Positions 40,978 to 55,400 of a stretch of 64,000 nucleotides of DNA are shown piece after piece (positions within the stretch are counted from its first letter, which is position 1; each line of letters opens with the position of its first letter). Source of the stretch: Cycas panzhihuaensis (lineage: Eukaryota > Plantae > Cycadophyta); assembly GCA_023213395.1 (NCBI GenBank), contig CM041465.1, positions 154,883,741-154,947,740 of the forward strand. The letters run 5' to 3'. The notes beneath the pieces are model-generated. The model did no database searches. It saw only the letters and a list, made by a program, of their open reading frames with translations, and was not told where the DNA came from. Position numbers and translations under genes: made by a program.

Positions 40978-43900
40978 TGTTGAGAATACAAGGTCCCAAA
41001 TCTTTTAACTGCCACCAAGATCTATTGCATTCTTACAACTAGTTACAGAAATTGAAACTTAAAATTATATGGAAGTTCTAAAATCAAAGATTATATAATA
41101 ACATGGAAATGAAAGCTAAACATCACATATGCACCTGATATAATGTGGTAAAACCCTAGCAGTGTGCTAAGGAAATATCCACACAGGAAAGGTATCAATC
41201 TTTATTGTTGTAGAATGGAGAAATAATACATCTAAGTTATAGAGTGCTCTCAGGAACAACAACCAGCCACCACCCTCTTCACAATACATTACATTACATT
41301 ACAACATAATAAGAAAAGCCCTAAAACAGGCTACATGAGAGGAACATCCAAGACCTAAATCTCAGCTGTAGAATCTAGGGTATTTGTATCAAATGACCAT
41401 GATTCTCTTTACATTTTGATAAGGTTTACATGGCTAATTTTTCAGGTCAGGGGCTATTGCCCCTGAACCCTCTCCTAGCGGAGGGCATTCCACACCCCTG
41501 CACCCCCCGGCCAAGGGGGGCTCCTGCATCCCTTGGAACCCCCTCAGAAAGATTAGGGGAGAAACTACGCCAAAAACATGCTAAAATATTAGCCCCATAA
41601 TTGTTGTCACAATATCCAATAATCTCCACCTTGATAATAATTACCCAGTACCTTTCATGGACCCTTCATCATCTTTTCTGCAAGCCAAGAGAAGTCAAAC
41701 ACCATTTGAACTTCTCTAATGGTACTGGTTTTGTGAATATATCAGCACAATTCTAATTTGTGTGAATCTTCTCAAGTGCCACTCCACCTGCTTCCATAAC
41801 CTGTTTAACAAAATGGTACTTAATAGTAATATGCTTTGTTCTACTGTGATAAGCTGGATTCTTGGCTAAGTAAATGGTACTTTGACTATCACAAAATACC
41901 TTTACATTGTCCTGTCTCTTTTCAAGCTCAACCAATAGACCCTGTAACCAAATTACTTCTTTACAAGCATGTGCTGTAGCAACATATTCAGCTTCCATGG
42001 TTGATACTGTAGTTGTGCTCTGTAATTTGGACATCCAACTAACTGGACTATTTGCAAGAGTAAAAACATAACCCGAAGTAGACCTTCTTTTGTCTAAATC
42101 TTTTGCAAAGTTTGAATCAACATATCCATAAACCACGATTACACTGCACTCCAAAGGTGATACAAGAGTCACTGCACCTCTCAAATACCAAGCACCCATT
42201 TCACTACATTCAATGTTCCTTTCCGGATTTGCCATAACCGCTAACTACATCGATCGCATGTGAAATATCAGGTCTTGTACATACCATGGCATACATCAAA
42301 CTTCCTACTGCATTGGCATAAGACACACGAGACATATAAGCCTTTTCTTCTTCACTACTAGGACTCATATTCAAAGAAAGCTTGAAGTGGGAAGCCAATG
42401 GGATACTCACTGGTTTTACATTTGCCATCCTAAACCTGGTTAGCACCTTCTCCATATATTTCTGGTGTGATAACCATAGCTTACCATTTTTCCTATCTCT
42501 GTGTATCTCCATGCCTAAGATTTGTTTTATAGCTCCTAGATCCTTCATATCAAAAGTCCTAGCAAATTGAGCCTTTAGCTTATTGATTTCTTCCATGCTT
42601 TTGCTTGCAACCAGCATGTCATCAGCATATAATACCAAGATAATGAATAAGCCATTGTCCATAAATTTAAAGTAAACACAATGATCATACTCACTTCTTT
42701 TGAAATTTTGGCTCTCCATGAAGACATCAAACTTCTTGTACCACTGTCTGGGTGATTGCTTTAGGCCATACAATGATTTTCGGAGCCTACAAATAAGTCT
42801 TTTCTTGCCATCTTATACAAACCCTTTTAGCTGATCCATATAGATCTCCTCATCTAAATGTCCATGTAGAAAACCTATTTTTACATCTAACTGCTCCAAC
42901 TCCAAATCAAGAGAAGCTATCAATGCTAACAACACTCGAATTGAAACAAGTTTAACAACTGGTGAAAAGATCTCATGAAATTCAATACCTGTTTTCTGTA
43001 CAAAACCTTTAGCCACCAGTTTTGCCCTGTATTTATTAACCTTTCCATCAACATCTATTTTATTTTTGAAAACCCACCTGCAACCAATAGTCTTCTTGCC
43101 ATGTGGAAGTTCTACCAAGTCCCATGAATTATTTTTCTTCAAAGGATCTATCTCTTCCTACATAGCCCTTATCCACTTCTCACCATGGATATCATCTACT
43201 GCTTCCCGATAACATGTGGACTCACCATCAATAGAAACTAAAGTAATAGAAATAGAAGGGTTATACCTGTCAGATGGATGACTGACTCGTGTAGATATTC
43301 TAACTGTTGGTAGAGGAGTGTCCACATATTCCTGTGAATCTGTCGTTGATTCATCTTCAGAAAGATCTTCATGCTCTTCTGATTCCATAGATGGTTGCAT
43401 TTCAAACTTGACTTGTTGATGTTCAACTTACTACTCATGTTTCATTTCAACTTCTCCACTGTCTGATTTTATAAGGGGAGATTCATCAAATATGACATCT
43501 CTGTTAATGGTGATTTTGTGGGCAGTAGGATCCCACAACCTGTATCCCTTCACACCATCCTTATCACCATAACCAATAAAGATATATCTCTTAGATTTTG
43601 GGTCTAACTTTGAATGTTTATTTTTGTTAGTCTAAGTATAAGCATCATAACCAAAAACTTTTAAATTTGAATAATCACACGGATGTCTAGTCCATACCTC
43701 TTCAAGAATCTTGTAATCTATTGCAAGTGATAGTGACCTATTTACCAGATAGCAAGCTGTTGGAACAGCTTCTGCCCATAAGCCCTACTCCACTCCTGCA
43801 TTACTTAGCATGCTTCTTGCTCTTTCCAAGAGTGTCCTATTCATGCAATCAGCAATGCCATTTTTCTGCGGAGTATAGCTAGTGGTCTTATGTCTTTCAA

Positions 43901-46203
43901 TCCCAACTTCTCTGCAATAGTTCTTAAACTCTAAGGAGTTGAACTCACCTCCATTATCAGTTCTTAAACATTTGATTATCTTACCAGTACTGTTCTCAAC
44001 TAAAGCCTTGAACTGCTTAAATACACTAAACACTTCAGATTTCCTTTTCAAAAAATAGACCCATACCTTCTTGGAGTAATCATCTATAAATGTAACAAAA
44101 TACAGTGATCCTCCATAAGATATTTTAGGGGCTAGTCCCTATACATCTGAATGTATGTAATGAAGAATGCCTTTACTAGTGTGACTTTTTACTTTAAACC
44201 TGAGTCTACACTATTTTCCAAAAACACAATGTTTACAAAAAGTCAAGTCTGAAAGTTGCAAGTTAGGAAGCAACTTATGGTTTATCAACACCTTAAGTCC
44301 TGTCTCACTCATGTGCCCAAGTCTCTGATGCCATAGCTGAGCTAACCTTGGAGGCTTTCATAATAACCAAGGAGCCCTTTGACACCTTTAGGACTCCTTC
44401 ATGACCTGTATGCTTAAAACCACCCGAATCTAATTCACCCAAGGAAATCAGATTCCTTTTCAAATTAGGTACATGTCTAACCTTAGTTAATGTTCTGACT
44501 ACCCCATCAAACATCTTAATTCTAATACTACCTATTCCCACTATCTTATAAGAAACTTCATTTACCATAAGCACATCACCACCATCAAGAGGTTGGTATG
44601 ATGAGAACCAACTCTTGTGTGGACACATGTCGTGCAAAGCACCTAAATCTAATAACCAGTCATGGTGATAATGAGAAACATTATAGGTGACCAAGACATC
44701 ATCATCCATACCTTGATTTAACTCCACCTGATTCGCCTCCTTGGTAGGATCTTCCTTTTTTTGGAACTCTTTCCTTTTGTAACAATCATTCTTGAGGTGA
44801 CTGGTCTTATTACAATGCCAACACCTGAGCTTACTCTTTTTGTTCTTTGACTTAGACCTCGATGTATCCCTGGAGTTTTGTCCTCTCTCAAATGTTCTAC
44901 CCCTTATTGTCATGGCTTCTGGTGTGGAGGTTTCAAGACTGGACTTCCTCTGCACTTCTTCCATTAGCAAAGCACTCATAACAGAATCATATTCTAATTC
45001 ATCTGTAGTGCTAAAACTAATTGAGGTGACAATATTATCCTAGGATTCAGGTAATGAGCATAACATGGTAATAACCTTGTCCTCATCCTCAATTTTAACA
45101 TCGATACTAGTCAATTGACAAATAAGAGTATTGAAAATATTTAAATGGTCGCAATTTTATACCTTCTTTCATCCTGTAATGAGTACAGCTTGCCTCTTCG
45201 TAGATTCAATTCACATCGATTTGGTCATATACAGGCCTTCCAACCGGGTCCATAATCCTACTGTTGTCTATTCGCCTGCAATGTTAAACAAAACTTCATC
45301 TACTAAGCACAATCGTATTGTGCTAAGTGCCTTTTTGCCTAAATCATCCCATTCATCACCGTCCATCCCTACAGGTTTCTTCGATTTGCCTACAAGGGCT
45401 TTGTATAAACCCAGCTATACAATAATATCATACGCTTTTAGCTTCCATAACTCGAAGTTGTTCTTGCTATTGAATTTCTCCACCTCAAACTTTGCACCTG
45501 CTAGTTTCTCCATTTGGTGCAGAAAAGCTGACACCAAAACCTTCATAAACTTGCTGCAAGAAAAAGAGTGGCCCTGATACCACTTGTTGAGAATACAAGG
45601 TCCCAAACCTTTTAACCACCACTAAGATCTATTGCATTCTTACAACTAGTTACAGAAATTGAAACTTAAAATTACATGCAAGTTCTAAAATTAGAGATTA
45701 TACAATAACATGGAAATGAAAGCCAAACATCACATATGCACCCAATATAACATGGTAAAACCCTAGCAGTATGCTAGGGAAATATCCACATAGGAAAGGT
45801 ATTGATCTTTATTGCTATAGAATGGAGAAACAGTACATCTCAGTTAGAGAGTGCTCTCAAGAGCAACAACCAGCCACCACCCTCTTCATAGTACATTGCA
45901 TTACATTACAACATAATAAGAAAAGCCCTAAAACAGGCTACATGAGAGGAACATCCAAGACCTAAATCTCAACCGTAGAATCTAGGGTGTTTGTATCGAA
46001 TGACCCTGATTCTCTTTACATTTTGATAAGGTTTACATGGCTAATTTGGAGTCGGGCTATCGCCTCGAACCCCTTCCTAGCAGTTGCCCACGCCTCGCAC
46101 CGCTAAGGGGCTCCCACCCCTCGAACCCCGAGAAAGATTAGGGGAAACCACTTAAAAACATGCCAAAATATTAGCCCCATAATTGCTGTCATAATATCTA
46201 ACA
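40978..46203 (-). mobile_element. Near full-length Tnt1/Tork-like Copia element
   Basis: LTRs 40978-41621 and 45585-46203; PBS TGGTATCAGGGC (45571-45582); PPT CAAGGTGGAGAT (41622-41633); TSD AATTT/ATTTT. Confidence 0.95.
41669..45513 (-). pseudogene. Copia gag-pol polyprotein with stops and frameshifts
   Basis: KFEVEKFNSKNNFELWKLK, CWHCNKTSHLKNDC knuckle, WLLDLGA protease, [10 protein letters not shown] integrase, LEQLDVK/YADDML RT, GYVDSNFAKDLDKRRSTSGY RNase H. Confidence 0.95.
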
Positions 46204-47533
46204 ATTTTTAGGGCAATGGATGAACAAGATGACCCATCTAACCCATCCATTATAGGGTTCTTCGAGGATGAAGCACTCACCCAAGGAGAATGAGTTACTA
46301 CTCCTCCTCATGGCCTAGTATATTTTTCCTCTATCAGTGTTAGGAGCTATGGTTATTTAGTAGTCCTTAGTGATAAGGAATCCAATGATGAATATGAAAA
46401 ACCACCACACTGAATCAATTTCCTTAATATAAAAAGGGAAGGGCCATTGCATACTAATATGCCTCCCCCTTTTAGCCTAAATTCATATGACTAAGGGTCA
46501 ACGTAAACATTAACTCCTCCCCTCCTACCCATGCAAGAGTCCCTTTATTTGAGTTCTTAATTGACCTACCATTTTTCTCGAATGGTGCTTAACCAACATC
46601 TAGATCATGTGGACCTACTTGCCCATGAGGATATGGCAAGGGGGCACCCCATACCTCTCTATCTATGCAACCTTCCAAGGAGAGGTTCCTTAGGGTGGAA
46701 AATGTGGGTCAACTAATCAAGCATCGAATCCATCCCCTATCTTACCCTAGTTGCCATGAATAATCAATTTGCTTAGGTATGTAGGGAAACCACATGTTCT
46801 AGAACAACCCTTAGGGAACTTCATTTCTTCATCATCAACTTATGACAATGATGATGAATCATACTCAATCTTTTCGCATGATAAGTCAATTATTTATGAT
46901 TTTAAACCATCTACCTCCCCACCCCTATAACCTGTAGGGAGGTTGATCATGTGTATGAATTGTAGCTCATCAGAAGAGTCACCATGCTACTTTGATTAGT
47001 GGTGTGATCGCTACAAGTCTAATACCCTCTTACAAGCTTCCCAAGTCCCTCTAAGAAAAATAATCCATGGGATTGGCTGCTTTGAAAATGATGAAGCTCT
47101 ACTCAAGCATTTAGTAGGCTCTTCGCCTAACTTGCCTGGTGGGCATCACAAGCTAGGTTTCTAGAAGTGCCTAGATATTGGCTCTTTGTTGGCTAACCCT
47201 AATGAGATAACCATACCTCCCAAACATTTTATAGACCAAGCCCCTCCCTACTTTGATGAGGGAAACATTCTATATATAGGAGCAACCAAGGATATCATCC
47301 TTGATCCTAAACAAATCATCAAGATTGGGGCCAAATATTTGCCCCAAGAAGTTAAGGAGTACATGGAGTTATTCTATAAGTTTCATGACATCTTTACTTT
47401 AGATTATTTAGATATAAAGGGTGTTGATCCTAAACACAACCTTACTACAATCCTAGGTAGTCATCCAATTAGGAAAAAGTAGCGCTCATTATACCTAAAA
47501 CTCTCTCCCACTATTAAAATGGAAGTGGTAAAG

Positions 47534-49415
47534 TGTTTCACTAAAACCTAGTCCCTGATTCATCCTTATCACTTTTGGTAGGCCTCTTGTATTATTTCAC
47601 ATGAGAATGATTAATTTCAAGTTTGTTTCATATTGTATTAGGCCATGTTTTGATGAAATATAATCATGAATTTTGTTAGATGATGTATATTGTATGATGA
47701 TGATGTATTATATGATCTTTCACCTGCTGATGAGTGATAACTATGGCTATTATGTCTCTCTTTGTAATCATTCTAACTCATTTTTCCTTTAAGACATTTG
47801 TTTACTTCATTTTTCTATCTTGAACTCACTTTTTTGTGATCTATTTTTAGTATTTTGGGCTTATACTTATAGTTTTCATCCTCCTTAGCTTATTTTTCTC
47901 ATTGATTGAGTCATTTCTGCATTTTTTTTTTTTACTTTTCAATGAGTGATTTGACTTCCTAGTTCATTGCATTTTTTATCTTACCAAAAAACATAATTGA
48001 TCATATTTTGTGAAGAAGATCATATTTTTTGTTATTTATAAAATGTGATCGATTGCATTTTTTATTATTATATATGTAATTTTTTTTTTAGTGTAGCATT
48101 TTTATATGCCACTATCTAGATTTGATGGAAACCTACCTCTTTCTCACTGAGAAGTTTTAGAAAACCATAGTGTATTATATTACTCATATTTTAATAAGTT
48201 AGAGATCAAGTTTAAAGAGATTCTGAGAGATTTTCTAGCTACTATTTGGAGAAGTTTTTTGATTTTAAAGAAAAAGTGAAGCCCAAGGGAAGGAATTTGA
48301 AGCTTTATTTGCTAACTTATTACTACACGAATTTCAATTATTGATCCTTCTTAAAGTACTTAATTTTCTCTCAATTTTTTTAGCTTTAAACTTCCTTTTC
48401 CTAGTGAGATCTTTCCCTTTAGTTTCTTATAATTCTCCTTTCTTGTTGGTGACTATTCATAATCAAAATTATCTCTCTCTTTTTGTTGACATCTAAAATA
48501 CTTTTGTTGATGATTTTTCCTTGGGATACTTGGCTAAAAGATTAGCCCTTTGTGGGAAGAATAGAGGTAGACTATTGTGGAAAATGATCATCTCTCCACT
48601 AAAGAAATAACTACTCTCTCTTATTCCTTTTTAGCTGCCCAAGTCCCCAAGAGATCTAGTTTCACCTTTGCTTATCTGTGGCTACTATTGAGTTGATTGC
48701 CTATGTGTTTCTTCTTTTTTCCTTCTTGATTTTAAAGGAAAACTTGAAGACGCTTAATTGTAGAAAAGAGAGAAGGCCATTATGAGGTAGAAATTCATCA
48801 ATAGACTAGAGATTGCATAAATTATTGATGTTGTCTTATTTGGTTTTATTCCTTTCATTTTCTTCTTGGTTAAGGAAAAAAGATTGAATGTATGAATGGT
48901 ATATTTATGTTATGATCAGATTGCATGGGATTTAAGGATCTTATGGTGTCCAAAAGACTCCATTTGTGATAGAATCTCTTTATTTTCATAATTTATTGTT
49001 TGCTTATGGATGGTGTTTTGATTATGGTTGATCACATATAATTTTTATGGTATGAATATCATTCATTATAACATAAATATATCTTTGAGATCTCTTCCTT
49101 TCTTTCAAATTCATTCTCCAAAAGAAGATAGCATGTGATTGAAAAAAAACTTCATATAACCATCACATGTTACTTGATCTTTTATTAAATTGTATATGTA
49201 GTTATATGTTATGCTAATTACATTTCACGATAGGCATTCTCATTAAAAAAGGTGTGTTTTGTATCTAGAGGAAATAGTTTCTCTTTCATTCTTAATGTGT
49301 TTCGTCTTATAGAAAGAAATGAAAAAAAACATTACATATGTACTTAGTTCTTTTACTTATTTACTAAAAAGTAGATAGTTAGATCTTGTTATCTCATTGT
49401 TTACTCTTGTGATTC
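47534..49415. mobile_element. Non-coding LTR-like fragment that truncates the RT of element B
   Basis: Coding similarity stops abruptly at TGTTTCAC (47534); AT-rich, no ORFs; no partner in the window. Confidence 0.4.
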
Positions 49416-52400
49416 TAGAATCGCACCTTTGGGGGACGTTAACTAAACTTTGATGAGGTCAAGCTAAATGATCAATGGCTTAGGTAGCTATGGACCTATG
49501 GTGGCAAGTGAAAGCAATCACCCACAAAGGGCATCCATGCATCGGAACATAGGTTCAGGACCCGCAAATAGCGCACAAACTCCTTTGAGGCAACCCTTCC
49601 TCGATTTGGAGCAATAGGAAGGCGAGGGATCTCCTCGGTTTCCCAAGTAACCTCAAGAGAGGCCCTCCCATCCTTGGATGGGCGAATGAGAGTAGAAAAA
49701 AGAGAGAAGGAATGGCTCCTCGCATAGGAAAAAGGGGTATGCAAGAGATGACTTTTAGCTGAAAAAAAGGAGAATGGCCCACGCACATGGGTGGTTAATA
49801 TAATGACTAGCATTGTGGGCTAGAAGTCGACCTATAGGCCAAACGAAAGGAGCCTAACCAAGAGAGGCAAAAGAAATGGAGTAGGGTGAATGGCCTTGAG
49901 AGGGGGCTGCCTCTAAGGTGCCAAACCTAATGGGGTCATAGGAATGAAAATTGATAAAAGAAGTTGTTTCAATATTTATGTCTATTTGTGGTAAGATGGG
50001 GTGATGTACAGAGGATGTAGTACATGCAATAATGTGTTTTTATGTGTGAAGGAGTTACTTTTTTAAGTAAGAAAATATTATGAAGTTCTTACTCATTTAC
50101 CCACATATGTAACCTCACTCTCTTTATCTTTTAAATGCAAGAAAGAAAGATTACAAAAGATATCTATATAGTATAAAAACACATGCAAAAGGTGCAAGGT
50201 CACTAGGCAATGCAACAAGGTAGAAGGGGTACACATGCGAAAGTTCTATATGCACTTTATAAGGAAACAAGCAAACTAGTTAAGTGTAAGTAACCTAAGT
50301 TATTACTTCTTCTTTCCCTTTTTCAAATGATGTACAAATGAAGAGAGGAGAGAAAAGGAAGGAAAATTAGGAAAGTGCAAGGTATACCTAGCATATGGCA
50401 ACTAAAGTAGCACTGACCTTACTACATGCATTATCCTTGCTTTTCTACAACCATGGACGACGCAATGGAGTGATGCCAGTGAAGAAGGAGAGGGGGGATC
50501 CCTTACCTTCCCCCAAATCAAAGGAAAAGACAAGAAAAGAAAGCAATAAAAGGAAATGTAAAGTTAAATACAACTTTAACTTACAACTTTGTGAGCTAAA
50601 AGAAATGATGGTTGGAAAGGGAGTAATGTACCCGAAATAGAACCTCCTTCACTTTCCATATGTAACAAGATGACCTACAATCAAACAAGATTTGCCCTTT
50701 CCCAAGGGGCACAAAATATATGCAGGATAGATGTATAATATGGAGAATGATAGGATACATGTATCTTAGTCAAGAAACACATTCATCATAATATCATTCT
50801 TTATCCTCTATATGCCATCTAATAAACAGTATGGGAGAATGGGGTAAAATGGAGAAGAAGGACAACTAGCCTCGGAATGGCTAACCCTCCAGATCAACAA
50901 GTGCTCCACGTTGCCCAAGTACCAAGATGTGAAGAGAGGTAAGTATAAAAAGCTCTTAGAATGTAATCCAAGAAGCAATGAGTAATGTTGTGAATGTCGT
51001 CAATGTTGTAGAGGTTGTAATGTGAAAATTTTGTAACTTTGACAAGGCTAAGCCAAATGGGCAAAAGAGATATGGGACAGGGCTGAAAATTGACTTGTGT
51101 AAGGCCAATAAGGACTGGTAGCAAGTGCAGCAATGGGATGCCTATGCTACTACCAGTAGTGACCTCCCTTCTAATGGCCCTTTAGAAACCCAAAAGAACC
51201 ACAGAGAAAGAAGAGGTGAGGAGAGAAGGGGGCTACCCTTAAGGAGAAGGCTTACTGGGTGCAAAACCCTGCCTTTGCTCCTTTCACTCTCCATGAGTGC
51301 CTCTACTTTACTGCCTCCTTGAAGAAACTAGGGAATAGACAAGAGAGGAAAAGGAAACCAATGAAGAAAAGGAGGGTTTGCCTCCCATTTATAGTAGAGA
51401 AAAAGTGTTGTAAAAGTATTGACAAAGTATGCTTATGTTACTCAAGGGAAGGGAAAATAAAGTATGAGCTCACAAATACTTATTGTGTGTAGATTAGAGG
51501 CAGATCAGCCTAAGAAAAGGGGGAGAGAAACCAACCCTATGGGGTTTATAGGTGGGAAACCCCAAAGGAGCCGCAAGATGGAAAGAAAATGGAGTGAAGA
51601 GGAGAATCTGAGCTTGATGGAGCACTTGGCGTATGATCTTCACTTGGGTGGCCACGTTACAAGCTTGTTGCTACATGCCTGGAGCTTCAGGAGGCTGGTA
51701 GCTCACTAAGAAGTTGATGTAGCAGGTTCTATTCTATTATAGGGTATTTTTTGGTGAAGTGGTAGAAAAAATAAGTGAGAGAGAGTAAATGAGGATGTTT
51801 TTGGACTTTTAAACCCAACCCTAGCTTAATCGAGTGATTAGGGTTCGTCCTGGGCTAAGAATAAGTCATTACCATATGGAAATTTCACAATAAATGCGAA
51901 ATTAGATGTGGTAGATTTAAAAAATAAGTAGTAATAGTTACCTCGCAGTAAACTTAGCAGTACCATAAAGTTTATCATGGTGTAGCAAAAACATGGAGAA
52001 AAATAAAGAAGAAGAAGCCCAGAAGCTCTAAAAAATAAGGGAAACTCAAGCCTAAAAGGGTATGGTACTCTATCTAGGTGGTAGGAAAAGGCTATGGGGC
52101 TTAGGAAATCCTATAACAAATAGGTACAAATGGTGAGAAATTCCCAGAAAGTCAACAAATAGGTGGAGGATGCCAACCAAGCCTAAGTAAGGTGCTAGGT
52201 GTCATGATGCACTAACAGATGACAAGATTGGGCTACAGAGGCCAAATGGTACTTGGGAACACTATGGAGACATAGAGGAGGGTTATGGATCACCATGGAA
52301 TTCATATCCCTAGATCGTCATAGGCTGAAAAAAGTGATAAGGTACAGGATAGCTAAGTAGTCAATGCATAATAATCATGAAGTGAATCAATCATCATGTA

Positions 52401-52474
52401 ATGTAAATGCAGTGCTTTAATCCACCTTTCCTAGAACTGATAAAGGCGAGGGATAGAAGCACATATATGCTTAC
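49416..52474 (-). repeat. Tat-family LTR C (3' or solo), interrupted near its 5' end by element D
   Basis: The left end TAGAATCGCACCTTTGGGG matches the reverse of the LTR-A end (CCCCAAAGGTGTGCTTCCA). Colinear with 52475-55190, both ending ...ATGCTTAC. No PBS at the left. Confidence 0.75.
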
Positions 52475-55400
52475 TGGATGCACATCTACGGAATAGTCAC
52501 TATACTCAATAAGAGTGATAGTAGTCAACAGTTAACATTGAAGGTGTGGGCGAGAACCTATAAGCAAAGAGAGCACTACGCAGGGGGCCCTGTGCGCCGA
52601 AGTGCAAGTTTGGGACCTGCGAATGGAACCCAACTACCTTAAAGTAGCCCTCAATCCATAAGAGAGAGTGCATACAGGGGGTAGCCTGGATGGTCTCGAA
52701 AGGAAGGTCCTCCCACCCTTGGATGGCTAGAAGGGAAGAAGAGGAATCCTGAAGGAGTTTCTTTATGATGAAGAGAAATGAATGTGGAAGAGGTAGGCAA
52801 GGGCCTACGATGTAAGCAGGTCTCCCTTGGTTATTTGGCCTAGGCAAATAGAACCAAGAGAGAGAGAGAGAAGAAAATGGAGTGAAACTACGCTCTCCTT
52901 TTAACAACTCAAAGGAAAAAGAGAAAAGAAGAACAAGTATTATACATGCAAGTAAACAAAGCTAAACGAAATGCATCTAAGGATATGCTTGGATGGATAA
53001 AAAGAGAAAGAGGAATGGGGTTCCTACTATGTCCTCTTCCTACATGGGACAAACATATGACGTATAAATGCAAGTGACCAATATCATTAACCTTTCGCTT
53101 TTACATGATCTATTAAATCTAAGCACATATTTAAAATAAAAGCAAGAAAGGAAAATAGAAGGGTGAAGAGAGAGATGGTGCATACCAGGGAGGTGTAGCA
53201 GTCGACAAGAGACCTCACCTATGCATAACGCATGCCCTCTCGCGTAGTCAATTGATGTGTGATCAAGATTGGTGTGAAGGATGGGGGCTTCCTTACCTTC
53301 CCCTTATGAAAACAAAGCAGAACCAAAAGGAAGCAAATAAAGCGAAGACAAAAGAGAGCAAAGCTTACCTAGATCTGGATGTCTTTTCCCTTCGAGAAAA
53401 AGCCACGTCAACCTACACATACAAGAGCTTATCCCTTCCAAGAAGGGGATGTAAGAAGAGCTATATATAGATATGCAAATATATGTAACACATACATCAA
53501 AACATTATGTTTAAGTTAGAGAAATAACTGCTGCAATTAACTTCAACTCTCCTCAAGCAACTGCACATATTAAGCAAGAAAGAGAGAAGGGAAGCCTCAG
53601 GATGGCTACACCCTCTGCTAAGGTTCTCCACACAGCCCTTTGGTACAAGAAGGTAGGGTCAAATGGCAACTTATGACAACCAACAAACAAGAGGAGATGT
53701 GTAGTAAGGTGTTAGGGAGGTATTAAGGCAACAAAATCGATATGGGTAGTGATCCATCACACAAACCCTTCCTGGGATCTTTAAGGGATACCAAGTAACG
53801 TTGGGGACACTATGGAGGTCCAACAGAGAGGTGTGCAAACCTGAAATCAACGCAACAAGGGCTACACACGCTGATAATCTAGCGCAAGCCTAAGCTTCAC
53901 CTTCTCCTAATTAACTCAAGAGAAGCATGGAAGCAGGAGAAGAAAGGTGGGAAGGGGATTGCCCTTGGGGAGTCAGTCTAAGTGGGATGGATCCTACCTT
54001 ACTCCCTTCACCCAACCTTTATGGATCTTCTCCCGCAACTTTCTTAAGAAAAACTAGTGGAGAAAAGGTGAAGGTATATACAAGGCTAAACTCAAAGGAA
54101 ACTATGTCCACAACAGCCAAACGGGGAGAAAAATAAGAAAATACCCTTGGAAATGAGTCTTATATGGAAATAATATACGATAAACTCTAAAAAGGGATCT
54201 AGGCTACCTGTTGGGATAAGTCTAGGGTAGGTTTGCCCTTGCAACCAACGGAGAAGAAGAGTTCCTGTAGGGCTTGCAGGAGGTTTCCCTAAGGATAGCC
54301 ATAAGAGATGCTTGATGGGGCGAATGTAGAAGAGAACCACACCAAACTTGCTTGAGAGTGCCTGGAGAGGAGCTTCCCACCACGAAAAAGAGCCGTTGCA
54401 GGCAGATCCTGAACTACAGCTACAGGAAATGTAGGCCTGTAGATGCACCTTTGGAAGGAAGAAAGAGCAGCAAACTGCAGCAGAAGAAAGTTAAGTTGGA
54501 GAGCCAAAAAAGATTTAAGAGAGGTAAAATGATGATGGTTTTGGGATTTATACCCATCCCAACCCTAGACAAGTGAATAAGGCATGAATAGGGATGAGCT
54601 AGGCATGAGGCCACGTGGTAATTCCATGGAAAAAGTGAGAATTGCTATTGTAGTTTTTAAAAAATAACTTGCAACAGTCACACCACGGTAAACTTCGTGG
54701 TACCACTAAGTTTATAGTGATGTGGAACCAGAAAGCCAAAATGGCAGTAATCTGAGTTCTGGGAGCCTTAGAAGGTGATGTGGCGGGCCTCGGAGGAGTT
54801 GGCCCCCCTGTCCAGGTGGTTAGGACAGTCCAGAAGACATGTGAATAAGGCCAAAAGTAGTATCAAAGGCTAAAGGTCCCAGAAACGTCATGGTAAGAGC
54901 TTAAAATTAGGGTATGAATGGGTCATATAAATCAAATGAGGCTCAAGGCGATATGGAGGTAACACGGAGGGTCGTAAAGTACTATGGGGATGCCTACCTT
55001 GTGGAAAGGTAGGTCCCACTGGGTCACCATAGGCTCACAATACGATAAGCAACATGATCAAGCCAAATGGATGCACGATAATCATACAAATGAAGCAGTC
55101 TGTCATACAATGAGGCAATATTTCTGTCAACCTTTCCAAAGAAATAGTTAAAAATGAAAAGAAAGAAGTATACCTATGCTTACCTGAGTCAACCTATATG
55201 TATCCATTCCCTTAGTCGAGAAACATCGCCCCATTGGTCGCAGAGCCTCATTTCTTCAAGTATGGTGCGATGACGAATGATGGCAGCAAAACGGTCAGTA
55301 GCATATGTGTATGTACATATATAAATCATGATTGTAACAAGAGTCAAGGGTGCTGGTAAGTGTCGTGGTGAAACGTGTGGATATAAGGACAGGGGTGAGA

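Larger units (their letters stand above)
34878..47533 (+). mobile_element. Tat-type element B, 5' part (LTR 34878-37485, gag-PR-start of RT), split by a Copia
   Basis: LTR start TGTTTCTTAGCTCCCAAGAATGG resembles the other Tat LTRs; PBS TTGTGACCATACTAGGG at ~37487; gag EAPKFDGTSS*DPINHV (~39010); protease ~40600; pre-RT KIGAKY...KFHDIFTLDYLDIKGVDPKHNL (47186-47482). Confidence 0.8.
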
